Shown here: positions 61,821 through 64,000 of the stretch, piece by piece
Layout: every line of letters begins with the position of its first letter
Position numbering within the stretch: position 1 is the stretch's first letter
Virus record (IMG/VR): IMGVR_UViG_3300025327_000013
Strand: one strand, 5' to 3'
Source of the DNA: an uncultured virus (IMG/VR IMGVR_UViG_3300025327_000013)
Taxonomy: Duplodnaviria; Heunggongvirae; Uroviricota; Caudoviricetes
Length of the DNA stretch: 64,000 bases
Position numbers and translations under genes: made by a program
The notes under the pieces: generated by a model
Database searches by the model: none
What the model saw: the letters and a program-made list of their open reading frames with translations, nothing else
Told to the model about the DNA's origin: nothing

Positions 61821-62886
61821 GCTAGTCCCCTTTCATGTTGAGGATGCTGTTTAGCTTACCCGGTGTCCGAGATCCACCGTGGACGACCGCTGTGCCGTAT
61901 CCGTACCAGTCCGCTCGCCCGTCAGGATTCCAGTGCTCGCAGACCTCACGATTGACATCTTTTACGCGGGCCAGCGCTTCGTCGTGCTCTTGGAATGGAC
62001 CGAGGGCGAGGATATACCGTGCATCGCCGGCATTGTTGATTTTGTCGAACACGGAGACATAGTACGCCGCTTCCTGATAATGCCGATCGCCGCACTTACA
62101 CCAGAGCCCGCGGAAAACATGTGGGCGGATCATGAAAGACGATTTTTCTCTAGCGCGCGGCGCACGCGCTCAGCCGCCTCGGCAGCGCAATGATCACAGT
62201 AATACGGTAATTCTACTCCGAAGCGCCGATAGAGTGTTCCACATAGCATTGTGCCGCCGTTTGTGCCAATGACATAGGTGAGCTTGCCGCAACCTCCCAT
62301 GTTCATCCTCTCGGCTCCTCATCCTTCCGCCCAGCCCACAGCCGATCCTTGCCATGCCGATGCTGACCGGGAAGGACACCGTAAGCGAGCAGGTATTCCC
62401 TGAGCAAGTACGCGGCGTCCCTGCGCGTGGAGGCGCGGTCGATGACCTCGGGAGGCTTGCCTTCGTAGCGATACCAGATGGAGATCATACGTTCTCCTCA
62501 ATCGTTTCGCCCATTTCGATCAGTTCTTGGTACCCGTCGCCTCCGTCTGCGGCCCAGCTGCAGAAACAGCGTGCCAAACCTCGATGATCGCCGCACTCGT
62601 CGCAGACGTAGGCACCGCAATAGCGGCTCATCGCGTACTCATGTCTGTGGGTCATGGTCCTGATTCCTCTCTGTCATGGGTGGATCATAGCGATGCCACC
62701 CCGTAGACATGCCACGTGTTTCCAAATGCCAATCGGCGTCAGGTTCAGTCTGACGATATTCACGGAGTATCTTGTAATGATAGGCAGTAATGGTGTCAGC
62801 AAACCAAGCACCTCCATCTTCTTGAAGTCTGTTCCTCAATCTCAGTGTTATAAAAGCGGTCATGGTTTCTCTGTAGCCTCCTCCTC

Positions 62887-62903
62887 TGTCTGACTGTCAG
62901 ACG
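62887..62903. promoter_or_regulatory. palindromic site copy 4 (TGTCTGACTGTCAGACG)
   Basis: Identical to copy 1; abuts GAGGAGG on the minus strand. Confidence 0.65.
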
Positions 62904-64000
62904 CCTGTTGAAGATAGATCTCCGGTCTGTGCCACGGGCACTCGCATCCTGGACCGTGGAGCCTATCGCGTAGTTCCTTGGAAATTAGGGGTTCGGTCAT
63001 TGTTTACGAGTATTCATCGTCGGTATCTTCAGTGTTACCAGCGAGGAGTTGAGCAGGATCATCATCGGCAAGAAACACCGCAAGGATCTCTGCCGCTCCC
63101 ACTGTTACCAAGGCTAAGTCGGCTATGCGCCGACAACGGTCGCACCGCGATCCTCGTAAACAGTACCCAGTAAGCATGTGCGGATGTGATTTCCAGATGC
63201 AACGCTGGCACCAGGATTGGTGAAAGGTATTGTCTTGCAAGTGTACTGTTGTCATAGTTCTCCTTTATTTGATTGTCTGCTGACAATCAGCAGGTCGCGG
63301 ACCTACGAGCCAGACACCGCCGGCCTTTCCCTCGCGCGTCATGTCCTCTATCCTCGGCCGATCATCGTCAGCAATAAAATTCCAGCCGGTGACGGCGACC
63401 GAGAACGTGCGCGCATCGTCTCGCGTTGCGCCGTATGGATTCCAGTTTTCGATGGGCACCGAGCCAGCGGCGGTGAGCACGAGGCTATAGCCGGCGTGCT
63501 TGACGACGGCGATCGTTTCATTGCGGGTCATCGGATATAGACCATCCTATTCCGGCACTATGAAAGTCGTCATTCGTGACAAATTCTGTGCCGAGAGTAG
63601 GCTTTCCTTCTGCTTGATTACAGAGTCGGAAGTATGCGGCACGGGCGATCCCAGGGGTCAAGATGGTAGCACGCCTAGCTGTATACCACATGGACTCTCT
63701 GGGATCTGGAAATTTGAGCGCTGGTCCAATGACCAGCAAGAATGCGTAGGCGACAGCTTGTCGATGTGTCATGCGTCCTCCATGTTCGTGAGCAGGTCGA
63801 TCCTCTCTGTCTTGGCAATGTGGCATTTAGCTGGAGCGGAGCATCGCGTGTCTATGTCGTACACCAGTGCAGTCGAGTCCATATCCCGCTGGATCATGAG
63901 CGCTAGCTGCGCGGCTTCGCGCGGTGTCCGCGCGGTCAGGTCGATGGACCAGTGGACGGTGTAGTTAGGCATGGGTCGATCGGTCGGCGGATGGCTGTTC

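Larger units (their letters stand above)
59099..63972 (-). other. array of small, tightly packed hypothetical genes (early-type region)
   Basis: Many 60-165 aa minus-strand ORFs with RBS and overlapping stop/start codons; no function assignable by eye. Confidence 0.6.

Noticed and set aside
1..64000. tRNA/rRNA genes or an alternative genetic code
   Set aside because: No cloverleaf or rRNA-like segment recognised by eye; long genes read through under the standard code

Overview
A 64 kb segment of a tailed dsDNA phage or prophage, probably a siphovirus with a long non-contractile tail; the host cannot be determined from the sequence. 1-23.6 kb (+): neck/tail module with tail completion protein, major tail protein, frameshifted tail chaperones, a 2635 aa tape measure, tail tip and receptor-binding proteins. 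23.6-41.6 kb (+): replication/recombination module (SSB-like, RusA-like, DUF5131, SbcD, SbcC, initiator, primase-polymerase/DnaB fusion). 41.6-64 kb (-): many small early-type genes plus RuvB-like ATPase, tyrosine recombinase, ATP-dependent ligase, Ku, beta-clamp-like protein and an AAA/DUF1257-like/DUF2997-like cluster. Main signals not shown by the ORF track: (1) a 239 nt ORF-less group I intron interrupting the major tail protein gene, directly after a free-standing duplicated LAGLIDADG-zinc finger endonuclease; (2) an AAA+ ATPase whose Walker B block precedes its Walker A block; (3) a 15 bp palindrome GTCTGACNGTCAGAC present four times in the last 8 kb; (4) an intergenic multibranch RNA with complementary loops; (5) a probable ATC start codon; (6) a T TTT TTA -1 frameshift. 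No tRNA, rRNA, CRISPR array or reverse transcriptase was recognised. All family calls and RNA folds are by eye; no database search or folding program was run.
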